NCBI GenBank assembly: GCA_976226885.1
Contig: OZ320316.1
Coordinates: 62,930,001-62,994,000 of the forward strand
Length of the DNA: 64,000 bases
Reading direction: 5' to 3'
From: Iphione sp. A-MEVVRFRX5
Taxonomy: Eukaryota
The notes under the pieces were generated by a model. The model worked only from the letters and a program-made list of their open reading frames with translations, did not search any database and had not been told where the DNA came from. A program made the position numbers and the translations under genes. Positions 28,101 through 40,320 of the stretch are shown here, piece by piece; within the stretch, counting starts at the first letter, position 1; every line of letters starts with the position of its first letter.

Positions 28101-28870
28101 CACATTACAATCCCCTTCTTGCCACATTCGCTGGGTGCTTTACCTCTCTCAGCTGTAAGTGTGATATACATGTACGACGTAAGACGTACAGGATTTCAAG
28201 GCGGTGATGCTGACTCACGATATAGCACTTCAGAAGTCGGCTCTGAGTTTGGCAGTTGGGAAGACAGCCGGCCTGTTGGAAGATGAGTATGTTTTGTCGC
28301 TGGCGAAGGTCTGCTGGTCGGAGTTGCCGCCTCCTCTTGGATGTAGCGGCCTCGGTCACGACAGCAGCTCCCCCTGGGGTCGCAGAAGTATAACCGACGA
28401 CACGCCGTCTTGGCAGCCTTCATCTAGAGGCAGGAAACGGGAAGTTGAGGGTGTCATTCAGGGTCAATAGAGGGCCCTAGTAGAAATTCGTCGGAGGAGG
28501 CAAGCATTTCGCTACCCGATGTCGAATTTCCCCTTTTGGTACGCGAAGATAGCGTTTTAAGGTCGGAAACGGCGAGGAAAGAAAGAACGATGAAATTGAC
28601 AGAAGATGTGAGTTTTTAAAATTTCACGCAGTTATAAAAACCGGATTCTTAAAAAGAATTGGGCCATCACATGGCAAAGGTTAGCCCCGTTCAGTAGGAG
28701 AACTGAAAGACTCGCATGTATATGTGAAAGATCCCAAACCACACTTTACTCGATCCCTGCTGGTTGCCATTCTGCTATAAAATGAAATTGAAAAGAGAAC
28801 GTCCCCACCCATATCGTCCGCTAGATAGCTATAATAATTTATCAGGGTCTTCGAGTCAAGTAGTGGTCTC

Positions 28871-29230
28871 ATGGATGAGAAATCTCTTTTCACTCAAAAT
28901 AATATAAGGAATAAAAAGTTTTTCAACAAATTGGTGGAAGTATGTTTATATAACAAAGAACAGCTCATTCATGTAGTAGGGAATTTCACAACAGTAATGG
29001 ATCGAATGCATTAGAAGCCAGCAGAAATGATGGGGCGTGCATAATTATGTGCAAAAATATGATGAATGACAAAATGTTTTGGGCCGTTTGGGACCATTAA
29101 CCGACGTACATACATAATTGTACATGTCTGGGATCGCCCAGTACACTTTTTTTAAACTTCAAATGGAAGGACGTGGAAGTTCTGTCCTGTGAAAGTAATT
29201 TCACGTCTAGTACTACTGAGAAGGATCCAT
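28871..29230 (+). pseudogene. Decayed L1/Tx1-like APE endonuclease fragment
   Basis: 28871-29014 reads MDEKSLFTQNNIRNKKFFNKLVEVCLYNKEQLIHVVGNFTTVMDRMH*, resembling N.YAPN...FF..L.....I.GDFN.V.D. Frameshifted QYTFF and SRL remnants follow. Confidence 0.45.
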
Positions 29231-30351
29231 TGTGATTATATTACCATGGTGTACCGTCGTGTTACAATGTATATTAACGTTACGAAGCCTCACTGGCGCG
29301 ACGGAGCGTCACTCTTTCAGTGAGTGGTGCACAATGCAGTCCATAAAAAAAATCCACCATCGAGGACGACTCTAGATAAGGTGGTCAGGTGAAGGCATTT
29401 CCGACCAGATGTACCACTAGTGTTGGTATCAGGTCGACCTTTTGTAGTTGGTGTGAACTTCCACCCAAGCACAATTGCACTGCATATTCTTTTCAAACGT
29501 GGGAAAATAGCTTCAGTTTTATCTGGCATCAGCGCTGGTATACAAAAAGGTGTACCTAATCAACAGGTAGACTAAGCGTAAAAAAATACTTATCTTAAGA
29601 GCAAGTTGAATGTAGATAATCTTTGCTATCTATGCACGTATTTTTAGTCTTGCATATCCTGTAAAGGATGCACCTATTTCGGAGGTGTTGACCAGTGGTG
29701 CCAAGCCCCCCGCAATCCCCACCCAGCCCGCCCTCTTCAGCCACTGGCTGGCAGGTGGTAGGAGGCGACAGCGTGTGACGTAACGGCACCTATAATGATC
29801 ACGTTGACGTAGCGGCGCCCATCTTTACAGCCCAGCCCACTAGTGCGGCAATTGTCACCGAGCGGCCCTCAGGTTGGAGATGGGGATCGATAGGTCTATG
29901 GGAGTACCTCTCCGGTACCGAGCTCCTTTTGTTGTAACCAGAAAGGTGGAGATAGCGTCAGGATAATATAAGTGCTCCCAGCATCAAACGCCGGTCACTC
30001 TTGATGGGTCTCTGGCTCAAGGTCGTCACTGCTTATCTCTCTGGAGACATATAGAAGCTGCGACCTGCGGGGGCGGGAGCTGGGGGTTGGGGTGGGGGGA
30101 GCCCGCCGATGGCGAGATTATTTAATGGTTGTTTAACTCGACTGCAGGTTAAAACGAGCGCCTATGTGGCACCACTCAAAAGCCTGTCTACCGCTGATGG
30201 AGTCTCTAATTAAACAGGACGATGGCTGAATCTGCACGTTGACCTGCGGAAGACACCATTAAGTCCAATAGTTATATGCCTGTCCATTACCTATGAAATA
30301 CGATTAGTTCTGCGCCGGCCACCCTGTATGATTCACTGGCTGTTTTGCTTA

Positions 30352-30659
30352 GGGGTTGTTCACATATAACCGGATTTGTCCGTTCCGTGTCTGCACATGG
30401 GTGTGGATATTTCTCAAGCCCTCCTATACTATTGAAAGCATTCACATATGTCCGGACATTTGTGCATCCGTGTGCAGACATGGAATATGAACCCATTGAG
30501 CATGGGTTTTGTGTGCACCTGAACGCGGATTCTTATAGACACAGTGGTTAAGACACAGCTGTAGACCATATGGAACCAATTAATGTTCGGACACAGCAGG
30601 GTGTTTCTCCGTGTCCACACAGGGCCGGATTTTTGGTCAGGCTGCATGTGAAAAGCACC
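30352..30659. mobile_element. PIF/Harbinger-type MITE
   Basis: TTA TSD (30349-51, 30660-62); 11/14-matching TIRs ggggttgttcacat / atgtgaaaagcacc; internal CCGTGT repeats. Confidence 0.58.
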
Positions 30660-32200
30660 TTACAGTTATAAAGTGTCCGGCATGTTTGATATGCACTACA
30701 GGTTAGGGTATATTTCCTGTCAGGAAATTGAATAGTACATGTATTTAAGTCTCAAATTTCTTTTTCTCCACAAAGGAAAGTTTTATTTTGCATACTTTGA
30801 TGCTTCACATGTAAAGCGAACAAAAATATTCATCACACTTGCATTAATTGAAGAATTTGTGGTGGACTAGCTCCTTTATTAAGTCGATTTACCTTATTAT
30901 CCTGAGCCAGCAATATCCATGTATAAGATTATTAAGTAATATCAACGAATAACCCGCTTCACACCCAGGCTTATAGTAGATGAAAGCTGGATGCTCGTTT
31001 AGACAGACCGTTGCTGTAGCCGGAGCTAAGAGAAAAGGCGATTAAGAACTGTTGCCTAGGCAGACACCTCAAAGGGCCAGCCGTTCACCGGTTAAGAGCA
31101 TTAGATTTGTCGGGCGGGATTGATCGTTTTGATCATCCAAGATCATCCCAACAAAACTATGATCCACCATGATCAAAAGAGACTGCTGGCCCCTGGCCCC
31201 TCCCTTTGCCACCCCCCCCCCTCTCCCCTACTTCCCACCCACCCTCCGCCCACTAGAAGCCCTCCGTCCTGCCTGCCGCGCTGACCGGGTGAAAGGTATC
31301 GCAGTATATTGAAAGACTTGCGATGGCTTGATAAACCACTTTTCATCAGCTATTGAAGCCTCAGAAAACGTCCGTCAACTGTGGCTTTCTCCACTGACTT
31401 GCATGACCTGCTTACTGCCGACGACCCCTTTTCGGGCACGATTCTTTAAGACAAAAGACACCTTTTATTGTATGTTCATAGAATACAAAGTCCCTCGATT
31501 TCGTCCTATTGTGACAGGGGGGGGTCGGGCTCGGAACCCCGTTCCGTATGCTTTTCCTTTAAGACGTCGACGTATACGGCATTCCTCCTGTAGTAGTCAT
31601 GGTGAGTATTTGACATGGCTTGACTTTGGGTGAAACTTGTGATAAGAGATGCTGAAAGGACTGGCTTACGTGCGGGTGCGTCTATCTGGGCTAAGGGACG
31701 GGGAGAATGGATCCTGATTTGTGACCCAGTGCGATAAGCATAGTATAGATGGCCAGGTTGTTGTGAGGACAAGGTAGCGCTTTGGAACTTAACTCCCTAA
31801 TTACTTTCAAAGCACATAGATATATTGCAACAGTCACAAAACCATTGTGGTTTACATACTGGCTTTACAAAGTCCAGTCACACTCTACTTGAAATTGAGA
31901 TATTTTGACCTACAAGTGTCCTACTTCAAACACAAAGGTCATTGAAAATACAGCCCCCAGCGCCATATAAACTCTAACCAGCATTGTTCATAGATCTAGA
32001 CTCAGTTGGGGTGAATGATGTTGCCACCGTTTGGAAACGGGAAAAGAAGGGAGTGAGGTCGTTTTGAGGGGTAGGCAGTCAGATGCTTAGAGGTACAGTT
32101 AAAACTGCCCTGAGCACGAACTGATGATATTCTTCAGGCTGTTCCCATTATGTCCCTCCTAGCTGATAGTTGTTGGTTCGAGTATAACCCATTCTTACCA

Positions 32201-32201
<1 letters not shown>

Positions 32202-32236
<35 letters not shown>
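32202..32236. repeat. (TA)n microsatellite
   Basis: Directly visible. Confidence 0.97.
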
Positions 32237-32242
<6 letters not shown>

Positions 32243-35200
32243 CGGCTACAACTTGTACCTGACAAAGACGGATATGACCGTCGGAGGCTTGTATACACTG
32301 GTATCTTCGCCTCTTGATAATAGAAGACACCTGTTCACTCCTCAGAGTTTGTAGCCTTTTACACATTTAATTCTCAATTCTGCCTCTATGTGGATCAAAA
32401 ACCTTTACATGCTCCAAAGTTATAAATACGAGCTGTACCTCAAAGTTGAGAGAAATTATAAGAGAATAGCAGGGAATGTTTTGTGTTCCATAAAACCTTA
32501 AATTCGAATAATCTGCCATGACTTGCAGTCCTACCCGCCTTGTCTATTGATGCACATGTATATATGAGGAGAGCTGAGTATGAATCCTTGGGTGGAGAGC
32601 GGTTAGTCAAGTGGGTACAGGCTGTTACAGCTCGGCCTGCCGTCAATAACGAAGTACTCATTCCCCATTGATTCGACGCTCCCACCCAGCACGTGCCTCA
32701 ATAGACTTGAGGCCGATGGGAACCTGAGACGGACAGCTCCGCTACTGAATCCAAGTTGACCAAAAGGAGGCATCCTGTGTAGAACTACAAAAACAGACTC
32801 CCGCTTCCTTGGACACAGTCGTTGAGAATCAGGTAGAACTATGATATTTAATCCATAGAAAAGGAAGCTGAGGGCAATTGAGAGCTCGAGCTAATGGAGC
32901 TGTGAGGTCTAGACGTGCAGTCTAGACTGGAGGCTTAAAATGCAATTTCCCTTGTCGAACTCCAAAGTAGAACTCTTGGTTGGGATGGTGACGTGAATAC
33001 CGAATGTTTTGTATCTGCTGCTTGGCACAATTTGAACTCGTATGCTGAAACTATCTGTATCATCCGAATCATTAATCATATTTAGATGCAAGGATGATGT
33101 ATGGTCTTAACAAAGACCATGGTGGTATCGGCAATTTGGATTCATATAAAGGTAATATGAAGGTAAAAAATATAGGTGACTCACGCTAACATGCCCAGTA
33201 CGTCGGTTTTAAACCAAGTTCTTCCACAGAAGCCAAGTTGGCAAACTCAGACTTTTAAAAAGTATATGTAATACAGTTTATACCGCAGCTTTAGTAAAGG
33301 AACAAAGTTGTAATTGACGAACACGTTGTAGTCTGTCAAAGAACGGTGTTCTTTTTTTTAGTATTGATTTTTCTTTTCTTGTAGCGTTTAAGCTCTCAAA
33401 ATTGAAGTTTCCATTTTCCACCGTTTCCTCCCCCCCCCCCGTACACTTGATTTAAAAAATCGACCGCAAATTCTAGCAAGGGTTTTTAATTCGCTACATC
33501 TGTGATTCCACGTCAGGGTGTGGTTGGCAAAAGCATGTTCCCGCGGGACCCCAATGTTGATGCATACCATTGAAACTTGCCGTCAAGAGTGACGGTTAAG
33601 AGAGATCGCGCCCATCGCCACCAGTGTAGGCACGAAATAGGGTTGCCCATCGCACTCGTTCCGAATTGGACTGAACGCAGCGTCAGTGAACAAAGTACTG
33701 CCGATCGCAGCGCCAGTAGACACTCTAGATGTGTTGAAATATACAACGCAACCTGAGTGAAGTTTTGTCGTACAGTACAGCGTACTGTGCATAACTGGAA
33801 ATTGCGTAATTTACCTGCAGTTTGACATATTTATTTCTGACATTATATGTATTTGTACTGAATGGTGAAAAACATTTAACATGCCTATTTATGTTATAGT
33901 TCCACTGAGTCTGTTCTCTTTTATTTCGGCGATAGTTACGCTCGTTCATCGTAGACAAAGTAATGATCACTTAAATATATAAAGACACACGTGTGAGGAA
34001 TCCCTGCGGGTAGTAAAGAGACTATCTAGGTCATGATAATCACTAATAATTATATTGTTGGGAGAAGTATTTTGCCCCTCTGTAAATCATCGGCTCTGAG
34101 GTACTGTATATTTAAGGGAGAAAAACATCCCACGACGTTTCACATACAACATGCGCAGTGACCTATATTGAGGTACGCTTTCAATTTTAATGAGTTTGAT
34201 GTGTGTCAATCTGCACATAGCATCAAATTAGGTGTTTCCTTGACCGTCGGTATGCAATTGGTAATTGGCTCCTAGCCGAGTTTTCCCATTAATTTTCGCC
34301 CGAGTCCTTCAACTGAGCAGTGTGTCGGGTTCTTGGTGCTGTCATTGACACTACAGAGATATCAACTTTTTCCCCGAGGGGTACGGATACGTCCTTTTAT
34401 CGATGGAAGTGACTTTGCGGACGCTGCTAGTTGAACATTCGTCCGGACGCCGACAGCTCAACGTTGAGGCGTGACGGCCAAGTGATTTGTTATCTGCCAG
34501 CGCTGTGTTAAGTACACCTGCGGGGCTCACCTTAACACATTCGCGCCCACGTCTTTACACTTACCTATAGAATGGCGGGCACTTCATATTTACTGACTAC
34601 CACCGTTGCTCCGCCAGTAAGGTGTTACGTTTTAATAACTGCCCTGACATTCAAACAAAAAAAGAGAAAGAATAGTAGAACTCGCTTGATGACAAGGAAC
34701 ATAAAATATTCTCTTTTAACCTCCTCCGATGACTGGATGTTGTGTATAAAACATTCTCTTTTGTCATTTAGTCTATGGCATAGTTGAAAACGGCAAACAA
34801 CAAGAAGGAAAAAAGAACCAACACAACGTCAGTAAAATACACACTAAATAACTGTGGCCGATTGATTGGGAACTGGTGGGAGGGGTGTTTATTAATTTTT
34901 GAATAAGGACTGTTGGTCCATATGGATAGTGTGCACGTGACAGATAAAATCTTCTGGGGAGCGGCTGCAAGCCGCACATACATGTATGTAATATGATAAA
35001 CCCCTATAGCAGGTACACACTACTGTCTTCTTCGCGGCATAACTCTGTTGACGGGGCTGTTGTTCGTGATGCTGCACATTTACCCATCTTCCAATGAGCT
35101 GTGTGCAGGTGACCATCACTTTGGTCGCACGACTGTGCGGCGTGCCGGGTGGGGCGCTATTCATTGACTTAACTTTTATGTTATTCTCCCGCAGTAGTTC

Positions 35201-36123
35201 AGGTATCCCCTTGAAGGTCCACGTATACTCTTTACCTGCATGTAATACAAAGACTTGACTCACTGAATACTATATCAATCATACTTTGGGGACTTGATTC
35301 ATCGCGAACTTTACATAATTTATGTACACCAATGACGTTTGATTGAATACACTAACACGCAGGGATGTGGCCTACTAGAAAGCGAAGCGTTCTAATTATT
35401 TTGTGGGTTAAAAAAGCCGAGTTCTGACTGATGAGGAGGCGACATGCAAGTAGCCCAGGCGCTGATGTAATCTGTAGCCAGCAAGAAAAGTCCCGTGCGA
35501 TATATTTATAGTGTTTTGGTCTCTGGTTCCCCTGTGGCATTTTTTTTTCTTGTAAGTTCCTGTTCAATACATCTTTTCAGAGAGCCAGTGTTTTGCTACC
35601 GATATTGTTGCAGGTGTTCGTCATAAGCAAATGTCATTGGGTTGTACAGATTTCAACCCGTAAACATTAAGGTGGCGGTTGCGTGCTTTGTTTAAGGCCT
35701 GCAGGCCCTCACCAGCTGACAGTTCGCCTTGCTGTCAATCTCATGGCCAGGAAATATTTAGGTTTGCATCTACACATGTTGGTGGCTTCATGTCGGTGAT
35801 CGACGCCACATTGCTCACAATGTTTATCCCGGAAAGGACCCCTTACTTGCAACAGCTTCTACCATCTCTTTCAATCTCATTGGGGGGGGGGGGGACTCAC
35901 ATCTAGTTACACACATCTCCACTAACATGTTGTTTTGGCTTCAAATAGACGTCCTCGCTTTAAGCGATCTAAGGTTTTGTTCTTGGCGTACCGAAGTGGT
36001 CTTGTTTTTAGGGAGATGCCTTTTTTTTAAACCATTGATGATGTTGGAATTGTATACACCGTCCTATGGTAAAACTCGACGTGTTTCTCGAATTCGTTTT
36101 TCTATATTTAAGGACATGTGAAG

Positions 36124-36160
36124 TCTAAATTCATTTTCTCTCTTTCTCTTCCAGGTAAGC
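36124..36160 (+). other. Candidate recursive splice site RS3
   Basis: tctaaat branch-like motif, then 19/19 pyrimidines ttttctctctttctcttcc-AG|GTAAGC; AG at 36153-36154. Confidence 0.7.
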
Positions 36161-39100
36161 GGGGCCCCTAATCTAGGTAAACTATCGCCTACGCGTACTC
36201 GAGTCACATGTGATCAAGGTAAAACAAGGTTCCTTTCTACTGCCCGTACCCAAAACATAAAATAAACAGCGACAGTAAACAATATGGTGTGTGGTTGGAA
36301 GACCCAGGGAGCATGGCTCGTCCTAGTTCCTTTAATTTTGCTGGATCCCTGTGTAGGTGAGTGTCATTGTGTATTTCGCCTACAAATGCGCTCAGGCGGT
36401 CCTGGGAGAGCATCGAGCTGCCAGCCGACATCCCGACGTTGATAGATCAGGCCGACGATGGGCCCTGCAGTCTGGCGCCCTTCACCCACCGCCCACCCAA
36501 CCACCCACCCAACCTTCCATCCTTACCCCCAACCCACCTCCACGCAGTCTCTCATTCTCTGGTTCACAACAATTACCCCAGTCAGCGATGTAGCTAACTC
36601 CACTCTTACCTGCCTCTACCTGCAGTAGTATCAGCTGTAAGAAAACACCCCATGTTGCCATGCATCTTTAAATAAACAGCCTGGATGCCAAAACATTTCT
36701 AAAGGTGATTTTTGAAGCATATCTGGTTGCTTTACGCAGAAATGCACTGCCCTGAATCTGTACATACAGCTTGTAAGGTGGATTGGCGAGACTAGCCCCG
36801 TGACTAATAAAGATGAATGGGAGGCGTTTAAAGATGTGTAATACCCGTAATTAACATGAGAGTTGGTTTCAAATCTAGCACAGTGAGGAGCGTAGTTGCC
36901 CCTGACCGACTTTCCCTTGAATACACACGTGTGCTTTTCTGGTGAGTTGAGAGCCCACAAGAGGCAAACTTTGAGCGAAGCGCAGAGTTTTCAATCAAAA
37001 ACCTGTTGTCTATGCTTGTTCTTCTCAAGTATGACGGTTGGGTCTTTGGGGAAAGCGACACTTCGGCACGTGAGATTTACCTGGAAAGCTTAGGTGTTCA
37101 GAATCTCACTCTGTACACGGACTGTGTTTTTCCCCTTTACTCGATAACTCCACGGAAGGCTGTGAGTTCTTTGGCATTGCATCATGGACAGTGGATTGAA
37201 TCTCGAAATGTCCAAGGGCCCAGTCATGTAGGCATAAAATCTACAATAATCCAATGCAACAAAACAAGCGTCATTTTTCCGCCCCCGCTTTTGCTCCCCT
37301 TGTTAAAAACAATTACCCTTCGTATTACGATAATAATTATAATCGTTTGAAAATTAGAAGCCCTGGTACAGAATTATGGAATGGACCGCTTGACTCTATC
37401 CTACCAGGATACTCAACAAACGAGTGACCCACCTGTTGTAACACAAACACGCGTTTCACTGGAGCATAAATATGATTCAATTGATGTGCCGTAATACAGG
37501 TGGCAATTGTCCGACATCAGAGGAAAGAATGCGGGCACAATACGTAATAAAATAGGCAATGTCACAAGAATGGAGATCCATGGCATTTATACGTCAGCAT
37601 CCCATGACATTTCCGTGGTGATATGCTCTTAGGTAAATATAGGCTGACAGACAGTAGGAAAGAGGCAGGTAGGCTGATGATAAATAGCATCTAAGAGACG
37701 GGGAAAGGGGAGAGGAAAAACACAGTCTACTTCTGCCCCTGCTTGCATGTATCAGGTAGATAAACGGACAAAGGCAATCAGTGCTTGACCAAGACGACCA
37801 GTGCATCAACACGTACTGAGTAGTCCTCGCCAACACCTCGAGGTGACTTGTACAGACCCAGGCCCCGCCATACGCCGGACGATTTATGTGCGTGATCCAC
37901 CATTGTTGAAGGGTCCATCGCCAACAGCTACTGAATGTCGCTCTATAGTCAAGCTGCAGACACGCTTTGCTGAAAGTCTGCGCGCACAGGCGAGTGTCGG
38001 CAGAACCCCTGCTATTTAATGGTTCTTTAATGGAAAGGGTCTGCGGAGGCTAATGATTGACAATAAAAGTCGTTCTTTTTATTTCGAGAAAGAGTTCGTT
38101 ACCATGTAAATGTACATTGGAGTGCAGGTTTGATACCCAATTATCTCCGTCTGCTGTGGGCAGTTTAAACGCCGCATAAAAGTTTAAATGTCATTTATGT
38201 GCCTCAATTGTATTAACATGTATCTATGTGTTCTCGTCCCAGTATGGATAAGGCATATCAGCCTCAAGGTATGTTTCTTAAAAGGGGGACAGTCGATAAG
38301 CGTCCCGGATTTAATATTTAAAAGATGGGAGCTCTAGATAGCACTGTGTTAATTATTGGATGTATCTGCTTAAGATGGGATGATACCCTCCTTTTCTGGC
38401 AGCAGCCTTATACTCCCCCAAGTGTGTCTTCACTCTCTTAACACCAATAAGCCAGTGGGCCTGCCTAATTCGACTAAACAGTCCCAGCAAGCAGCTTTGA
38501 CAAACAAGCCGAAGAGTTTTAGTGGCTTTTAGACAGAATTCGTACATTTAAAACAGAGTCTTTGGCTATGTGGAATATGTGTACTGTAAAACTACACATT
38601 TGAAAGGATCTTGTAGAAAGGGGATGTTTCAAAGCTACCTTGCTGAGGTCTCAATCTCCTTAATTAATTTCCACCAAGAGAAAAAAAAACGAAAAAAACA
38701 ACGCTTTATGAGCTGGAGCGGGTGAAGGTTCTAAAGGGAATAGCTTCATTTCCTCAGCGGTTTTGGTGTAACTAATGTGTAGAGTGGATGGCTATTAGCC
38801 TACTCCCCTTAGACAAGGCCTGGTCCTGTGCACCTTCCTGAGGGAGTGTGTGCCCTCAGGAAGGAGACGTGGCGGACCGTGGCGTCCGGTCCCTCGTGAC
38901 GTCACGCCTCACATCAGGCACAACGTCGTCGGCAAGAGGCATTCAAGGAGGTCCTGGGAGAGAGGGGTCGTGGGAAACGCTGGCGGCGCTCGATCAGTGG
39001 CTGGGCCTTGTTTTAGAGGTAGCAGTGTAGTCTGGAATGATACCAAAATGGAGGCGACTGACAGCCGTGTAATGATGGAGAGAAGGCACTCGACTGGAAT

Positions 39101-39628
39101 TTGAAATACTGAACGTAGTTACTACCGGGTTCAGAACATAAATGAATGCTATTCTTTTATACTCATAATACTTGATATACATGTACAGTCAATTCTCAGT
39201 TAAAAACCGGATGGCAGATGAGACCAGACGAGAGAAACCAAGTTTGGATAGAATCAAAAGTATCATTTGTTTATAAAATGGTAATCATACGGGAGACCAG
39301 ATTGCAACAAAGACGAGATTTCTCCATTCCCACAGTGTGTCTCCTTTAGAGTCCCCTTAAACACCATTTCATTCAAAGTGCTTCTTCGAAACTGCTTTTA
39401 CAAGCCGCTATATGCACATCTGTGTACACATAGTTCGTGCATTGTTGATCAAGATATACAGTACAATCTGTTTGGCTAACCCCACCCTCATTGAAGGATC
39501 GATCATCTAGATGGGGTCATCGGTCTTGCAGACAGATCCCAACTGCATATGCAGTTCAGCTACGTACGTGTTTACCATTACCGATCTCCCTACAGGTGAC
39601 AAGTCCCACCAACGACTGCGGTGACAGC

Positions 39629-39708
39629 GCTGCCCTCTACTGACAAGTCTGGGTCCACCGGGCGCGCCACCTGGTGGACGCCGTCCCGGGTTACACACCA
39701 GAGGGCGC
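39629..39708. promoter_or_regulatory. Cluster of three CTCF-like motifs (minus, minus, plus)
   Basis: rc TCAGTAGAGGGCAGC (39629-43), rc CCACCAGGTGGCGC (39664-77) and ACACCAGAGGGCGC (39695-708), compared with consensus CCASYAGRKGGCRS. Confidence 0.5.
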
Positions 39709-39884
39709 CCCTCTTGAACCATACCCCTCGGCCAGCCCACGCTCGGCCCACGGTCGAAAAAAAATCCAATACTTGCCTTGATAGGCCGATCGTTTAATGA
39801 CTTTTGTGGTTCGACATGCGGCTAGTGTTACCCGACATCGTCCTGCTGTGATAGGGTCGGTGTTAGCTTGATGTTGACCTGAGG

Positions 39885-40320
39885 TGTTCTGTTCGGTGAG
39901 AGGAAGAATAGATGTCGCTGGTAGGCTATATAAAAGTCGTCCGAAGTGTTATTTGCTCTTATCGAAGGCACCACAGCATAGATCGACGCCGGTCGGACAC
40001 CATCNNNNNNNNNNNNNNNNNNNNNNNNNNNNNNNNNNNNNNNNNNNNNNNNNNNNNNNNNNNNNNNNNNNNNNNNNNNNNNNNNNNNNNNNNNNNNNNN
40101 NNNNNNNNNNNNNNNNNNNNNNNNNNNNNNNNNNNNNNNNNNNNNNNNNNNNNNNNNNNNNNNNNNNNNNNNNNNNNNNNNNNNNNNNNNNNNNNNNNNG
40201 CGCGTTTATAGTTATCTTGTTCTCTACTGAGCCTCTGTTGCTAGGCGGTGACAGGTACATGAAGAATAAATGTGTTTAGTTATTTACCCAAGCATTCATT
40301 GAAATGACTTGGTCAGAACA
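39885..40320 (+). mobile_element. Possible solo LTR spanning an assembly gap
   Basis: TGTTCTG...CAGAACA inverted ends, TATATAAAA at 39927-35, AATAAA at 40265-70. No TSD found and the middle is N. Confidence 0.28.
40005..40199. other. Assembly gap (N)
   Basis: 195 N. Confidence 1.

Noticed and set aside
35100-35263. AGKEYT..F...PELLRENNI, reminiscent of a retroviral-type integrase core
   Set aside because: Catalytic residues and the downstream ER motif are not recoverable; at best a very old fragment.
6963-40279. ORFs of 75-185 aa at ~7.0-7.4, 20.3-20.9 and 39.9-40.3 kb
   Set aside because: They are open only because they read through N gaps.
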